Position numbers and translations under genes: made by a program
Source: Eledone cirrhosa
Lineage: Eukaryota
NCBI GenBank assembly: GCA_964016885.1
Contig: OZ024744.1
Span: 58,838,001-58,902,000, forward strand
Direction of reading: 5' to 3'
Length of the DNA stretch: 64,000 nt
In this document: in pieces, positions 63,585-64,000 of the stretch
Layout: the number at the start of each line of letters is the position of its first letter
Position numbering within the stretch: the stretch's first letter is position 1
Notes under the pieces: model-generated
What the model was told of the DNA's origin: nothing
Seen by the model: the letters and a program-made list of their open reading frames with translations, nothing else
The model's database searches: none

Positions 63585-64000
63585 TTTAAACAGTGATGTT
63601 GGCAATACCAATAAATATATATTTAACCACTGATGTTGGAAGTACCAATAAATATATGTTTAAACTCTGATGATGTTGGAAGTACCAATAAATATGTTTA
63701 AACAGTGATGTTGTTGGCAATACCAATAAATATATATTTAACCACTGATGTTGGAAGTACCAATAAATATATATTTAACCACTGATGTTGGAAGTACCAA
63801 TAAATATATGTTTAAACTCTGATGTTGTTGGAAGTACCAATAAATATATATTTAAACTCTGATGTTGGAAGTACCAATAAATATGTTTAAACACTGTTCT
63901 TGGAAGTACTAATAAATGTGTAAACTCTGATGTTGTTGGAAGTACTAATAAATATGTGTAAACACTGATGTTGGAAGTACCAATAAATATGTTTAAACAG
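63585..64000. repeat. AT-rich minisatellite, ~33-38-bp unit (TTTAAACACTGATGTTGGAAGTACCAATAAATATATG); truncated by window end
   Basis: About 12 contiguous units with small indels and no unique spacers. Confidence 0.93.

Noticed and set aside
63585-64000. CRISPR-like array of ~35-bp repeats
   Set aside because: Contiguous tandem units with no unique spacers, no cas genes, and a eukaryotic context.

Overview
Repeat-dense metazoan genomic DNA. The RTE-LINE, tRNA-SINE and (TA)n/(ATC)n landscape suggests a cephalopod, probably Octopus (inference only). Nearly all ORFs in the supplied track are transposon fragments, antisense shadows or microsatellite artefacts. The track misses the only host gene I found: a minus-strand DNAAF6/PIH1D3-like gene (axonemal dynein assembly factor). 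Five small coding exons (46273-46190, 43199-43121, 38489-38399, 36015-35919, 30551-30466) have GT/AG boundaries and consistent phases. Its last exon was not found and probably lies left of the window. The introns and flanks hold many RTE LINEs with a PHD-type zinc finger inside the RT and an L1/Tx1 relic. They also hold three CRE-type fragments, three Penelope-like elements plus several hammerhead-ribozyme motifs, and two non-coding LTR elements with tRNA-Trp primer sites, 4-bp TSDs and non-CA LTR ends. Helitrons, MITEs and two SINE families are present, one SINE carrying the 3' tail of the local RTE. A 4.3-kb 18-bp minisatellite is a stop-free Thr/Asn-rich frame throughout. All identifications come from motif recognition and reading by eye; no database searches were run.
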